Notes: a model not told the origin generated them from the letters alone. DNA of 64,000 bases from Guillardia theta CCMP2712 (GCF_000315625.1 NW_005434656.1:169741-233740); one strand, 5' to 3'. Positions 50,001 through 61,917 are shown, counted from the stretch's first letter. Program-made: numbers and translations.

Positions 50001-51519
50001 ACTGAACGGAGAGGATCCGAGAAAGCACTCGCTCTCGGAGATCTTGAAGGTAAGGAAGAAGATCGAGATGATGTGATGGTGGAATGAGGTGGGTGGGGAG
50101 GCAGCATCGTTGACGTAGAAAGAAGGGTGAGCTAGAGCTAGAGCTAGAGCTAGAGCTAGAGCTAGAGCTAGAGCTAGAGCTAGAGCTAGAGCTAGAGCTA
50201 GAGCTAGAGCTAGAGCTAGAGCTAGAGCTAGAGCTAGAGCTAGAGCTAGAGCTAGAGCTAGAGCTAGAGCTAGAGCTAGAGCTAGAGCTAGAGCTAGAGC
50301 TAGAGCTAGAGCTAGAGCTAGAGCTAGAGCTAGAGCTAGAGCTAGAGCTAGAGCTAGAGCTAGAGCTAGAGCTAGAGCTAGAGCTAGAGCTAGAGCTAGA
50401 GCTAGAGCTAGAGCTAGAGCTAGAGCTAGAGCTAGAGCTAGCGCTAGCGCTAGAGCTAGCGCTAGCGCTAGAGCTAGAGCTAGAGCTAGAGCTAGAGCTA
50501 GAGCTAGAGCTAGAGCTAGAGCTAGAGCTAGAGATAGGAGGAGAACGAGCGGCAGCAGCAGCTGGAATGTGGGAGCGAGGTGGAAAGAATGGGGAGGGCG
50601 GGGGAGGGGGGGGGGGGGGTAAGGGGGAATTGCAAGAGGAAAATTTTGGTCAGAGGAATGAGGAGGAGGAAAAACAAGAATGATTGTTTTCGGTGATGAC
50701 GTCGGGATCAGGAGATGCATCGAGTGAAAGAATCCCTTGGGAAGGAGCAGGAAGAGAACAGCAAGCAGGTGAGCAGTGACTCTTGACGTCTTTCACAAAT
50801 GATGGTTGTTGTCAGATGAAAAGCATCAAGAAGAGATTTGGCGAGGTAGTTCCTCCTCCTCCTCCTCCTCCTCCTCCTTCTCTACCAAGTTTCTCTCCGC
50901 CCTCCCTCCCGTCCTCCTCCCATCACCATTTAAATGCGTGCCAGGTGCAAGTTCAGATGCAAGACATGACGAGCAGCTTGAATCAGATCCTGAGGTCTGT
51001 TCTTCTCCCCTCTCTGTCTCCAATCCTTCCCCTTCCTCCTGCTCTTTCCCTCCTCTCCCACTCCTCGTCCTCCCTCCTCCACTTCTCCTCCTACCCTCCT
51101 CTCCTCTGTCTCCTCTCTTCTCCTGCCCTTTCAGTGTTCAGAGGCTGACGGGAGGGTCAATGCGCAGCATTCTCCAACATCAAAAGCCCATGAACGGGCA
51201 TGCCCATCACGAAAAAACTTCCTCCCCCCTCCCTCCTCGTCCCTCCTCTCCTCCTCCTACCTCTCCTCCTCCTGCCTCCTCCCGCTACACTCTTCCTTCG
51301 CATCGTCCTCCGTCCTCCAAGATCACTTCCTTCTCCGACCAGTCTCCCACCTCCCCGCTCATCCCGACGGCGACGGGCAACCATAGTTTCCCCGATGCTC
51401 CCTCCTTCTCCGGTCGTCGAACAAACTTTCGCCATCAAGGTGGGCGGGGGAGCAGGAGCAGGAGCAGGAGGGAGACGAAGCGGGTTGGGGAAGGAGGGGG
51501 GGGGAGGGAGGGGGGTTGA
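47058..51519 (+). CDS. Cyclic-nucleotide-binding-domain voltage-gated K+ channel (EAG/HCN/CNG superfamily), multi-exon
   Basis: Six TM segments, S4 LLRVLRVLKPWRLIRLLK, pore TTVGFGD, C-linker LPAGLREDL and CNBD GDFFGE. Confidence 0.92.
50129..50533. repeat. (GAGCTA)n hexamer microsatellite, ~67 units, in a channel intron
   Basis: Seen directly, with a few GCGCTA variants near 50440-50470. Confidence 0.97.
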
Positions 51520-51889
51520 GGAGGAGGAGGAGGAGGAGGAGCAGCAGCAGCAGGAAGGGGAGGGAAAGGGGAGGAGTGGGGGGGGGGAGGAGGAGATGGA
51601 TTGACTATGTGAGCAGAGACTGTGGATCAAGTGCTGCAGGGGCTGTACGCGAGGATACAAAGCAAAAAGAAGAAAGAGGACAAGTCGAAGAATGATGAGA
51701 GGCACGCGAAATGATCGACAACGTCCATCGACTCTGAGATTGAAACTAGCATAAAGCTGCTGTTGCTGAATATGTTGTTGTTGTTGGTGATGATGATAAG
51801 CAAATCTTCACAAAGATTTATGCAGAATCGCACGTACTTGTTTGAGTGAGTTGTGAAAAGCGAATTTATTGCATGTTTGTAAGGAACAT

Positions 51890-53380
51890 CTACTTTCTCA
51901 TACGCTCGATCTTCTTCTTCGCCTCTCCCTCCTGCATGTCATTTCAGTTCTCCCCTCCTCCCCTCTCTCTCCTCCTCCTCCTCCTCCTCCTCCTCACCGA
52001 TAAGTTGAGCTGGCGCTGCATGATACGACTCAGCACGACATCTGCTAGCCGAGCTGCCTCGTCCTCCTCCATCCCTCGTGGAATCTGAAGAAGTCAATCT
52101 CTCCTCCCATCTTCTCCCTCCCTCCCTCTCCTCCCTCCCTGCCCCCCTCTCTCTCTTCGTTGTTTCACCTTCGGACGCTCTTCTGATGGAAGCTTGCTCC
52201 AGTCAAGCATCTGCTTATGGATCATTCCTTTCCTACCTTCCTCCTCCTCCTCCTCCTCCTCCTCCCCCTCCTCCCCCTCCTCCTCCTCCTCCTCCTGATC
52301 CTCCTCCTCCTCCTCCTCCTCCTCCTTCTCCTCCTTCTCCTCCTCCTCCTTCTCCTCCTCCTCCTCCTTTTCCTCCCTTTCCCCTCCTCCTCCTCCTGTC
52401 TGAAGGACCCACATGATTCAGGACTCGATCAAATCCTGCCAGGTTCGCATACTGCGAGGCGATGGCGATGCTGGGCTGCGGAAGAATCGAGAGAAAGGAG
52501 GGAAAAGCAGAGACGAGAAGGAAGGGAGGAGGGGGGGGGGGGGAGGGAGGGAGACAACGAAAGAAGAGAGTGAGAGACGTCAGGGAACGGAGGTAGGAAA
52601 GAAGCAGTATGCGGGTAGTGAGGAACAAGATAATCAGATCCCGTCAGAGTGCAAGAAGAAAACATTCGTGAATGAAGAAGTCAATGATGTGGAGAATGTT
52701 TGGAAGGAAAACCAGGCTCAAGAAGCGGAGCAGTAGAATGGAAGGACAGAAGAGAAAAGCGGTAAAGGCAGACAAGGAAGACGAGTAGAGGTGGTGGAGG
52801 AGGTAGATAAGGATGAGAGAAAGAAGAATAGAGAGGAGGAAGAGGAGGAGGAGGAGGAAAAAGGTAAAAGAGGAGGAGGAGGAGGAGGAGGAGGAAAAAG
52901 GTAAAAGAGGAGGAGGAGGAGGAAAAAGGGAAAAGAGGAGGAGGAGGAGGAGGAGGAGGAAAAAGGTAAAAGAGGAGGAGGAGGAGGAGGAGGAGGAGGA
53001 GGAGGAGGAGCACCACCACCACCACCACCACCACCAGTATCAGCTCAGGTTCACCTCGAGGTGGTAGGTCTGGTGCCAACATCTGGGTGGTATGAGAACG
53101 AGATCACCCGGAGTTTGACAACACTGTTTGACAAGGTCGGATTTAGCTGGGGAGGAACTGCGGATGCAGTCGAGCTCTCACGATTTCAAGACGTCCGAGG
53201 TTGATGAGATTTTGTTGGGAGTTTTGTTCCATCCAGACGATACCTGGGTATAGAGTAAGGAGGAGGAAGAGGAGAATAGCAAGGAGGAGGAGGGGAAGGA
53301 GGAAGAGGAGGAGGACGACGACGACGAGGGCGATGAGGGGGAGGACGAGGAGGAGGAGGACAAGGACGAGGAGGAGGACG

Positions 53381-53417
<37 letters not shown>

Positions 53418-53562
53418 CAACTTTGCTGTTTGATTTCTTCGAGGAGTGAAGGTTTTTCATCATCGGAAACTTCGCGCAGTCCAAGGAGGAGCCTCTGCCT
53501 ATTGTCTGTGCAGAGGAGTCACAAGAGATGAAGGAGGAGGAGGAGGAGGAGGAGGAGGAGGA

Positions 53563-53633
<71 letters not shown>

Positions 53634-55434
53634 GAGGAGTTATACCTGTAGCAAACATTTCCCTGTACAGATCGTTGTCTGATTGCCTGCCTTGACTTTC
53701 AGAAATCTTGAGGAGAAGGGTGCCTTCCTCCTCTGTTGCCATTCCCCTCCTCTCCCTCCTCGAGCTCCAGCCGCTGCCGCTGCCGCTGCCGCTCCTCCTC
53801 CTCCTCCTCCTCCTCCTCGCTCTCCTCCTCACCATCCAGCGGCAAGAGAGAAGTTTGTCATCTGCTCATCCTCTGCATCCCAGGCGTTGGGCTCGAGGCG
53901 ATAACTAGACTTGTCGTCTGCCTCCAACGAGATCAGGAGCTCTAGATCAGCCCGAGCAGCGACTCTTTCACCGCAGAAGGAAGGAGGTAGAAACGTCCAT
54001 AGCTTGCTCCCTTCCAGGCAAAAGTTCCATCCCATCCAGTCGTAGGGATCCTGAAGCGAGAGTAAGGGGTGGAGGAGGTAGAAGAGTAGCGCGGAGAAAG
54101 GAGCGGTCATAGAGGAAGGGGAAAGGAAGGAGAAAGGCGAGCGATGAAGGGAAGGAGACAGCGAGGGAGAGAGAGGAAGGGGGAGAGATGGAAGAGAGGG
54201 AAGGGAAGAGCAGGCAAGGCAAGGCAAGGCAAGGCAAGGGAAGGGAAGAGCAGGGAAGGGAAGGGAAGGGAAGGGGAGAGAAGGGAAGGCCAGGAGGCCA
54301 GGCAACGCAGGTCAAGGGAGAGGAAGAGAAAGGGAAGGGAATAGAGGAGGAAGGAGTTCTCACTGCGTGGAGGGTCGACCTCGAACCTACTCCCCCGATG
54401 ACCTTGATGGGCGTGAGGGAACGTAGGAGGAGCAGGAGGAGAGTTACAAGACAAGAATCCTTGGGCCTGATCGACTTGGGGAACAATTCGAAGAGGTTCC
54501 CGGGGAAGAAATCCTGCCGCAGCGAGATACGTTTTCTCCTGTCAGCAGCTCATGGCATGAAGAAGCAAGCGAGGGAGGGAGGGAGGGAAAGAGGGAGGGA
54601 GGTACGGAGGGAAGGAGTAGCGAGAAGGAAGGAGAGCGTGAGTGAAAGAAAGTGAGGTACAAAGAGGAAGGAGGCCGTACAGGCTCTCCTTGTCTTCCAG
54701 TAGACTCTCGTCGAACAGGAAGTAATAATCATCGTGCTTGCTATCAAATACCTTTTGCAAACATTAGAACCTTCTGCCTTCGATCACAAACACATGATCC
54801 AACGATGTCGATGAAATCCTCGAAGCTTTCATACTCCAGGCTTGTACTTCCCTTGCATCGCCTCTGCAACATGCTCCCGTCATCGCAGGTATGACATGTT
54901 GTCTCCTTACCTGGAACTCGATCTCGCTCCCCGCCATCTCCCCCACCAGCTCCTCGCACCAGCTCTCTCGCTCTTCCTGCCTCATCGCAATCGCGTTCTT
55001 CAACAACACCTTGTACATCCCTTCAACCATCAAGATAGCATTCTTCGATCCCCTTACCGGCCGCCCATCAGGCTGATCGTACAACCTCTGGAAGTCGGAG
55101 GGGGAGATGCGGTCTAGGTCAACTGTCTGCATATCTGATGCACCTGTATCAGATCCCTTCCTTGCAATAGCAGTGACTCGCCATGGATAGTGAAGCTGCT
55201 GCTGCTCATACAGGGCCGTCGAGGGCGAGGAGAGTGCGATGATCGGCTTCGAAGCTGATGGAGTTGCCGAAAGACAGGAAAGGGAGCGAAACATGGCGGA
55301 GTAGACGTCAGCAGAGGAGAGGAGGAAGGAAGCGAGTTGTGTGGAGAGAGGAGATGATGAGATGAAGGGGAGGAGGAGGAGAGTGTGCAGAGCAGCATGG
55401 TCAGGCCCCCTAGCACCAACAGTCGCATCGCCAT
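51890..55434 (-). CDS. JmjC-domain (2-oxoglutarate/Fe(II)) oxygenase with hydrophobic N-terminus, many exons in low-complexity DNA
   Basis: DFQRLYDQPDGRPV, VIGGVGSRSTLHA/DPYDWMGWNFCLEGSKLWTFLPP, QTPGDLVLIPPRCWHQTYHLE and SIAIASQYAN give the HxD...H triad. Confidence 0.85.
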
Positions 55435-55671
55435 TTTTCGCGTTCGAGATTTTCAGGGCGAGTTTTCGGGGGCCGGAAGGTAGGGAAAGTAGGGCAGAAC
55501 TAGAAGGGGATACAGGGGGAGGGGGCATGGGGGGGGGTAGAGGAAGGAGGAGAGGAGGGGAAAGGTTCAGTGAGCATTGCAAGGAATCGAGGTAGAGGAG
55601 GAGGAGGCAGACTACAGGATTCTTGAAAGATTACTATATCATTTTGCTAATAAATGCCACTAACACATCAA

Positions 55672-57400
55672 TCAGACAAGTCTACCAGAAAGCCGCTTGC
55701 TCGAACAGAGGAGCGTTGAAATCGTCAGCCTCCTGGCCCTGCACAACGACCCTGCGCTGCCAGCAGCAAGAGACTGCGGCCAGGGCATCACCAAATCCCT
55801 CCCGACCTCGGCCTTCACCAGAGGAAGCATGCTCGACTTTTCAAGGCTGCTGTCGTCGGGCAAGCCTGCCGGCTTCAGGAAGGTCTCGACCGCGTCGTTC
55901 TTCTCAGCATCAGAAGCCTGCATGCAGACCGCCGCCTCGTTAGGAGCAGAGATCACAGGAGACATCCCTTCACTCAGGCTGGACATGTTCGTAGCAGGAG
56001 TCTTGATGTCCACCTCCGGGTCCTTCCCTCCGAACTCGACCCACAGATCTTCGTCGATCAGGTCGTCCCTCATGCCATCCTCCGTCAAGGGCTCACTTGG
56101 GTCTTCGTACATCGCATCGCTGTCCTCTGTCTGAGATCCATTCACTGCATCCTCGTAGCGGTCTGCTTCCGAGGGCTGCTCCATCCCCTGCTCATTCTCC
56201 AGGGTCTCATTCTCAGCTGGGATGTTGAGAACCAGGCTGACTCTCATAGGTTGGACATGTCCTGGGATTGCAGCTTTCTCCTTGGAGATCCATTTGAATC
56301 GACGCTTCCCATCGGGCGTGCAGATCTCGCGAGCATTGGTCAGGTTCTCTTCCACGACCTCTGCTCCTTCTTCTTGCTCCTGCTGGCTCGCAGCAGCGTT
56401 TCGCTCTCGCGTCCACGCCTGCATCACAGCTCTCCAGTCGATGGCATGCGACTCAAGTTGAAGCACCAGTGCTTTACCTGGTATGAGAGGTCAGGCAACG
56501 CACCAACAAGAACATGACCATTACAGTGCTTGATGCCGACACACCGCAAGCACTCGTCCTTCCAGACCAACTTGCTTGACGTCCACTCTTCAGTCACTAA
56601 AGTCGGTTTGACTTGCGCGAGAAACCACTGGGCTTGTGCAAGAACTTCTTGGATCGTGGAACATGCCCTGGTTTTCTTGTCAAACTTTGACCAGACCTAA
56701 ATTTGCGATGTCAACAAAGGCCGCTTGCATCAGAAAGCAGAAAATACCTTGTTATTGGAGGTTTTCACGCCACTAAAAGGTACTCTATCTGAGATATCAA
56801 GCAATCTTGGCACAAGGCGTTAATTCACAATTGTCGCAAAATTAGGGCTTACATGCTCGCAACTTGTTGAATAGAAGACAACTGTGGCTGCCTTGCCGTA
56901 GCAAATCGTCTAGTCCCACGTTTGCAATGGCGCTTGTTCTGTCTAGAGTAATGTCTCGTCCCTTCAACTTGGTATGAGGTCGACGAATTGCTTTTCTCGG
57001 GCCCTTGCAGCTCTCTGTTTTGAGAGTGAGCTGCAAATCCATCTTCATATTCTCTGATCCATCCAGTTGTACCGCAATCATCCACTTCGCACACGAAGCC
57101 CAAATGTGGATCTTTCGCACAAAGTGACGATGGAGAAGCAGAGGCCACACTTTGGGCGACCATGCTCGAGGACCTGAACAGTTTGCTGACGCACGCCTTG
57201 TTCAATCACTCGCAGGTTCAAGAGTTGGATCAGAAATCGCAATGGGTCTACCAGACACAACCGGAAGCCTGCTTGCTTCAACCCTTGGATGATCCTTTCA
57301 AGCGCACCGAGGCTCTGTGGCACGATGCAACCCCCAGCGAACAAAGTAACGAGGAGAAGGTTTTCAACACAGCTGCGTCGATGAGCACCAACAGCACAAA
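55672..57400 (-). CDS. Hypothetical acidic protein, multi-exon
   Basis: 264-aa terminal ORF with typical codon usage plus upstream exon-like segments. No family recognised. Confidence 0.4.
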
Positions 57401-58176
57401 TCAACAAGGGAAGAAGATCAACAGTAGGAATGTGAACTTATAGCAGCAATCTCGTCACTTCATTGTTCATTCCTCTTCGCATCCACACTCTTTCCCATGT
57501 GCTCCCGCCATAAACGCCGAACTCAAGTGACGCCGTCCCCGAGATTTTCGTCGTCTTCGAAAACAAAATTTTGAAGTTATATTTTCAATAATTGAAAAGC
57601 TATATTGAAACTTTGAAAATAATAATTTATTTCCAAATATGACATTGATAGTTGAAAATCATCAACATATATTCATAATTTTTCTCTAAATGTTTCAAAA
57701 ATAATTCCAATATTTGTCCAATTCAATTGGTTTTGTCTCTAGAAACAGGCACATTTTTTTCAAACCTCTCGACTTTTTCACAAACCCTGCCAGCTAAGAA
57801 CTACCCTACCCACCCCCTGAGCTCCGACCTTTTTTTCTTCAACGTCTACCACCTACACCTCCTACTATCTATTAATGCTCCACTCGATAAATGTTAGACA
57901 TAGGAAGGCACTTCCCATCTGTGGCAAACTGTATACCCACCCTTGATTGACATATCATGATGGATAGGGGGTCAGATTTAGGTGATTATTTCATAGGGTA
58001 GGGTGTGTACCCCACATATGAAGCAAAAAAACATGCGTATACAGGGGGTTATCAAAGTTATAGAGGGGGTACGGTAATAATCACGTGAGGGGGTGGATAC
58101 GATACAGGGTAGGTCTGCTACAGGGGGTGGGGTTCACTTCGAGTCACGGTCATCGCCGGGTCAGGTGGTCACGTGC

Positions 58177-58709
58177 CTCTTCTCGCAGGGCCTGGAGGCC
58201 GCCGGGCCCGGCCCCCGGGCCCGGCCTGCCTTTCTGGAGCCTCCTCGTCTCTCCCGGCTGAATGTCCTCGTACTGATCTTGACGGATCACATGGATCTTA
58301 TATAGAGCCCAGACTTGCCGAACCCAAAAGGCTTCCGACTGTTCGATGGAATGCCAGACCAGAGCCTGAAGCGCCGGGATGATCCTCGGGGCGGACCCCC
58401 CTGGTTATCTGTATATAAGCTTGGGGTCTTGCCTTCCTCTCTCTCTCTCCCTTTCCCTCTCTTCTCCCTCTTTCTTTTCTCCTCATTCTCTCCGAGTCTC
58501 TTCTCTCTTCCTTTCTCACTATCTCTTAATCCTTTTCGGATAGTACTACGGTATCTCCTGTCCCGGGCCGCGCTTTCAGTCCGATCTCTGTTATCTTCCT
58601 ATCCTTGCTCTGCTTATAAATACTCTTATCTCAGAAGTCAATTACCTACCTGCTCTAACTTCGCTACTGCATCCAATCCATCAGATCTTTAACTTAACTT
58701 TGAGTAAAG
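58177..58709 (+). repeat. Dispersed element copy B, interrupted by a solo LTR
   Basis: ctcttctcgc...gcctcctcg...tgtcctcgtactgatct lies before 58280 and ttaacttaactttgagtaaag after 58688. Confidence 0.8.
58280..58683. mobile_element. Solo LTR of an LTR retrotransposon (404 bp)
   Basis: Begins TGACGGAT and ends ATCCATCA (TG...CA with imperfect terminal inverted repeat). Flanked by 5-bp duplication GATCT at 58275-58279 and 58684-58688. Internal TATATAA. Confidence 0.85.
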
Positions 58710-59044
58710 GGGCCAGTGCTGTGTGACGGTGGCCAAAATCCAAGCATCCAGACATGAGAGGACCTTAGTGACTTCACAAGAGAGTTTTTGTTAACTCGAC
58801 GCTATCTGACTGGCACGGCTGGCATACGTTCCGGGCCGCCATCACCCGGTGATCGGGTGCATTCCGGTATGCGTCTCTGAGTCATTCCTTCAGCGGCGGC
58901 CACAGCGATGAGTCGCGAACTGAGTGGCATCATAGTAGCGCGGCCCGGCGGGGAATTGTCCTGCGCGCAGTTAAGTGAAGGTATCAGTTAAGTTTGGGGG
59001 ACAGCAGTCGGCAGGATTAGTTTTGGTTCTCGCTGTCCGTCTTT

Positions 59045-59156
59045 TCTCTTCTCGCCGTTTGGCCAGTGCGACAGTGTCAGGGTCAAGCCTCCTCGACTCT
59101 CCGGGGTCCGAGCCTGATTGTCCTCGTACTGATTTTTAAATTAACTTTGAGTAAAG
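59045..59156 (+). repeat. Dispersed ~120-bp non-coding element, copy C
   Basis: Block-wise identity with the reverse complement of 41745-41867. Confidence 0.9.
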
Positions 59157-59716
59157 ACCTTGTTAGTAACCGTTGAACCCGGTGACCGGCACTGCAAACT
59201 TGATACCGGGGCCGGCCGCGGCCCGTCACGCCACGCCGGCGGCCCGACTCACCGTGTCGCTGATCATTGGATGTGTCGCAGGCGGCGGTTGCTATGGCCT
59301 GAGCGTTGGAGGCAGGGTGACAGAGATGTCAAGACGGCATGGGGAAGCTGCGAGTCACAAACATGATGACGATCGTGATGAGCGACTGCGGGAGGCTGAC
59401 TGACAACTGAGTTGACCTGGTTTGCCGCTGAAGCGACTTGGAGGAATGAAGGATCACTGTGACAACTCAGAGGATGGAAGAGTCGGAGAGAGGGAGGAAT
59501 GAGTGGCATGCAGTCAGCACACTCTGCGATGCTGTCTGGCTCGTGGGAGTTTCATGAAGCAGACTGAAGAGATGTGTTTGTTGTGTTGGAGAGAATCAGC
59601 AGGAGTGGTCCATGATGCATAGAGTGTCAGGCAAACATGAGCTAGTGCAACACAAACTCTTGCATTTATAATATTCGGCACAAAGAAGAAGGATCTGATG
59701 TCTCGTTGTGTTGCAG

Positions 59717-60736
59717 ATGGCGGCTGCAGTCGCACAGGGACTTGATCGCAAGATGCAACGGCGATTGAAACAAGGCCTCTCGGAAGAAATGGTAGATGCC
59801 TGCACTCAGGCTCCACACCCGCCCCTTGAACCTCCATGATGTTGCTTGTTCTGTCAGCTCTACGCGGTGCGGGACGTTTTCCAGACGTTCGAGTCAGGGA
59901 CGGGGATACTAGATGTACGTTGCCTTTGACATGTGTTGACTGCGATCTGTTGGAGCTACTCTTGACGAAGTTGTGCGGGCAACAGGTGAACTCATTGCGA
60001 GCTGCGTTGAAATCGCTCGATCATCCTATTTCCCACCAAGAGGTCTGCCCATTGTGCCTTGTTGCGGAGATGAACACCTCACGGGCTGTGATGATACCAG
60101 GCCAAAAATCTAGTGCATGATTTGGATCAAGATGGCTGCGGTATCTCCTGTTATTTATTCTTCCATGAGACCTTGCGACCGAGTGTACAAACGAGCATTT
60201 ACGGGTGATTGTTTCTTCAAAGGTGGAATACAATTCTATCAGTTCGCGGAATACCTCAAGCCGATTCTGCTGATGGACGACATGCGAACAAAGATAGAAT
60301 CATACTTTGACGAGTTTGCTGAGGTTGCGTCAATTACACTGCTCGATCAGCGACTAAGACAAGAGTCTGTTAGGTTTTGCTCGAAGACGATGTGTCTGAA
60401 CCAACTTCCGATACACAGAAACGATACTTGACGTGAAAACATTTGCAGTCATTTTTGCTTCTGATTGAATCTTCTTATGCAGCAAATCTAGCATACGGGC
60501 CATGGCAGATAAGGTGGGAGAGTTACTCCCGGACGAGGCAGGCAATTTAGTACTTGGCGACTGACAACTTACAACATGCGCAGGAAATCGAGGAAGTTCT
60601 TCAGTACGCGACCGATGGTGACGATAAGATAGACGTCAAGACGGTGAGCAGTCCATGGATTGTTTCAAGAATTTACAAAGTCTTACAAGTGCTCTAACAG
60701 CTTTTAAAAATTTGCAAGGAGCTACGCCTCTACTGA
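59717..60736 (+). CDS. Divergent centrin/caltractin-like EF-hand protein, many short exons (start uncertain, possibly ~59330)
   Basis: Spliced LYAVRDVFQTFESGTGILD/VNSLRAALKSLDHPISHQE/AKNLVHDLDQDGC/GGIQFYQF...MADKVGELLPDE/EIEEVLQYATDGDDKID...KICKELRLY* parallels centrin, including the C-terminal ...LY. Confidence 0.7.
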
Positions 60737-60857
60737 TTCCGAATTCGTTGGAGCCAACTTGCAGGGTGCGGCCAAGAAGGAAACGGAAAAACGACGACAA
60801 AGTGGAATGTAGCATATCGAGGAAAGAACCAAAACAAGGATGTAGCGACGGACACGA

Positions 60858-61427
60858 CTACTTGGATATGTCGTCCCCCCTCTCTCTCTTGACTTCAATC
60901 ACCTTCTCTCGGCAGCATGGGCATGAATCTGCCCTGTTCAACCATTCGTGCAAGCACTTGGCATGGTATGAGTGCTGACATTTCTTGAAAACCAGTCCAT
61001 ACTCGCCTTCCGCAAAATCGCACAAACAGACTGGGCAGGCCACCGGCTCAACCTTATTTCCCTTGTCTCCTGAGCTTTGTAGCACCACTTTGGTCTCCAA
61101 CGAGTCAAGACGGGCGGCCACAGTCGCAGGGTTCGTTCTTGGCTCGAAGGCAGACAGATCGAACGGGTTAGAGACGTTCTCAACCACTTCGATGCCCAGC
61201 GATCTTGCGAGATTATCCAACAAGAAGAGTGCGGCGGGAGAGCCGGAAGCGATAGAACGAAGTGGCGCTCCTATCTCCCCAGCCCCCCACACCCTCCGCC
61301 TGTCGGAATTCTGTCTGGGTGTTGAAATGTTCATCCCCAAAAAAAGCTTTTCCACCTGCGATGCAAGAGTCATTCACAGTGTTGAGCCGCAGCTTCAGGC
61401 ATAGCAAAGGAAACAAGCGGGACATGG
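60858..61427 (-). CDS. RING-H2 finger protein (putative E3 ubiquitin ligase)
   Basis: CPVCLCDF...KCQHSYHAKCLHEWL...SCPCCR is a C3H2C3 RING. 5' end uncertain. Confidence 0.85.
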
Positions 61428-61880
61428 CGCTTTGCTGGTTGCAGTGACACGTATCTCAACTCTTGGCAAAGCGAAAGGATTCCATTAGTCTCCACATAAT
61501 ACACGCTGCCTCATCAATACCCTTGTTCGATGCTCTCTATACCTTGCACTCGCTGCAGATTTCTCCTTGAATTCGTTTCCATACCACATGATGCCGTTCT
61601 ACGACCTCCCTCTTCTCACGGGACTGGATTTCCCAGTCTCTCTTTCCTCACCAGTTCCTGCTCTCTGCTGATTCCTTCTTTGCACTTCTTGTTTTATCAG
61701 TTCACTTCCTCAACCTCTTCTCATTCCTCTGCTCCTCATTCGACTACTGCTGTCATCATGTAACTTTAATTTTTTCGAATCTATCCTCATGTTTCACCTA
61801 CAACTCTTTCTCCATCACCCTCCCAACATTCACATTAATCTATGTTTCATGTGCTCAACCTGCACCTGCCTCCTGTCTCT

Positions 61881-61917
61881 GCTCCAGCTCCAGCTCCAGC
61901 CCCTGCTCCAGCTCCTA

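Noticed and set aside
49785-50720. 311-aa poly(Leu-Ala) ORF
   Set aside because: Antisense translation of the intronic (GAGCTA)n microsatellite.
52078-54700. Many poly-Pro/Glu/Gly/Leu/Arg/Cys ORFs (also at 2000-3000 and 62400-64000)
   Set aside because: Translations of low-complexity intronic tracts. The true JmjC and NAA25 exons are interleaved among them.
59045-59156. U2 snRNA gene
   Set aside because: Only the first ~20 nt loosely resemble the U2 5' stem. The branch-pairing GTGTAGTA is absent.
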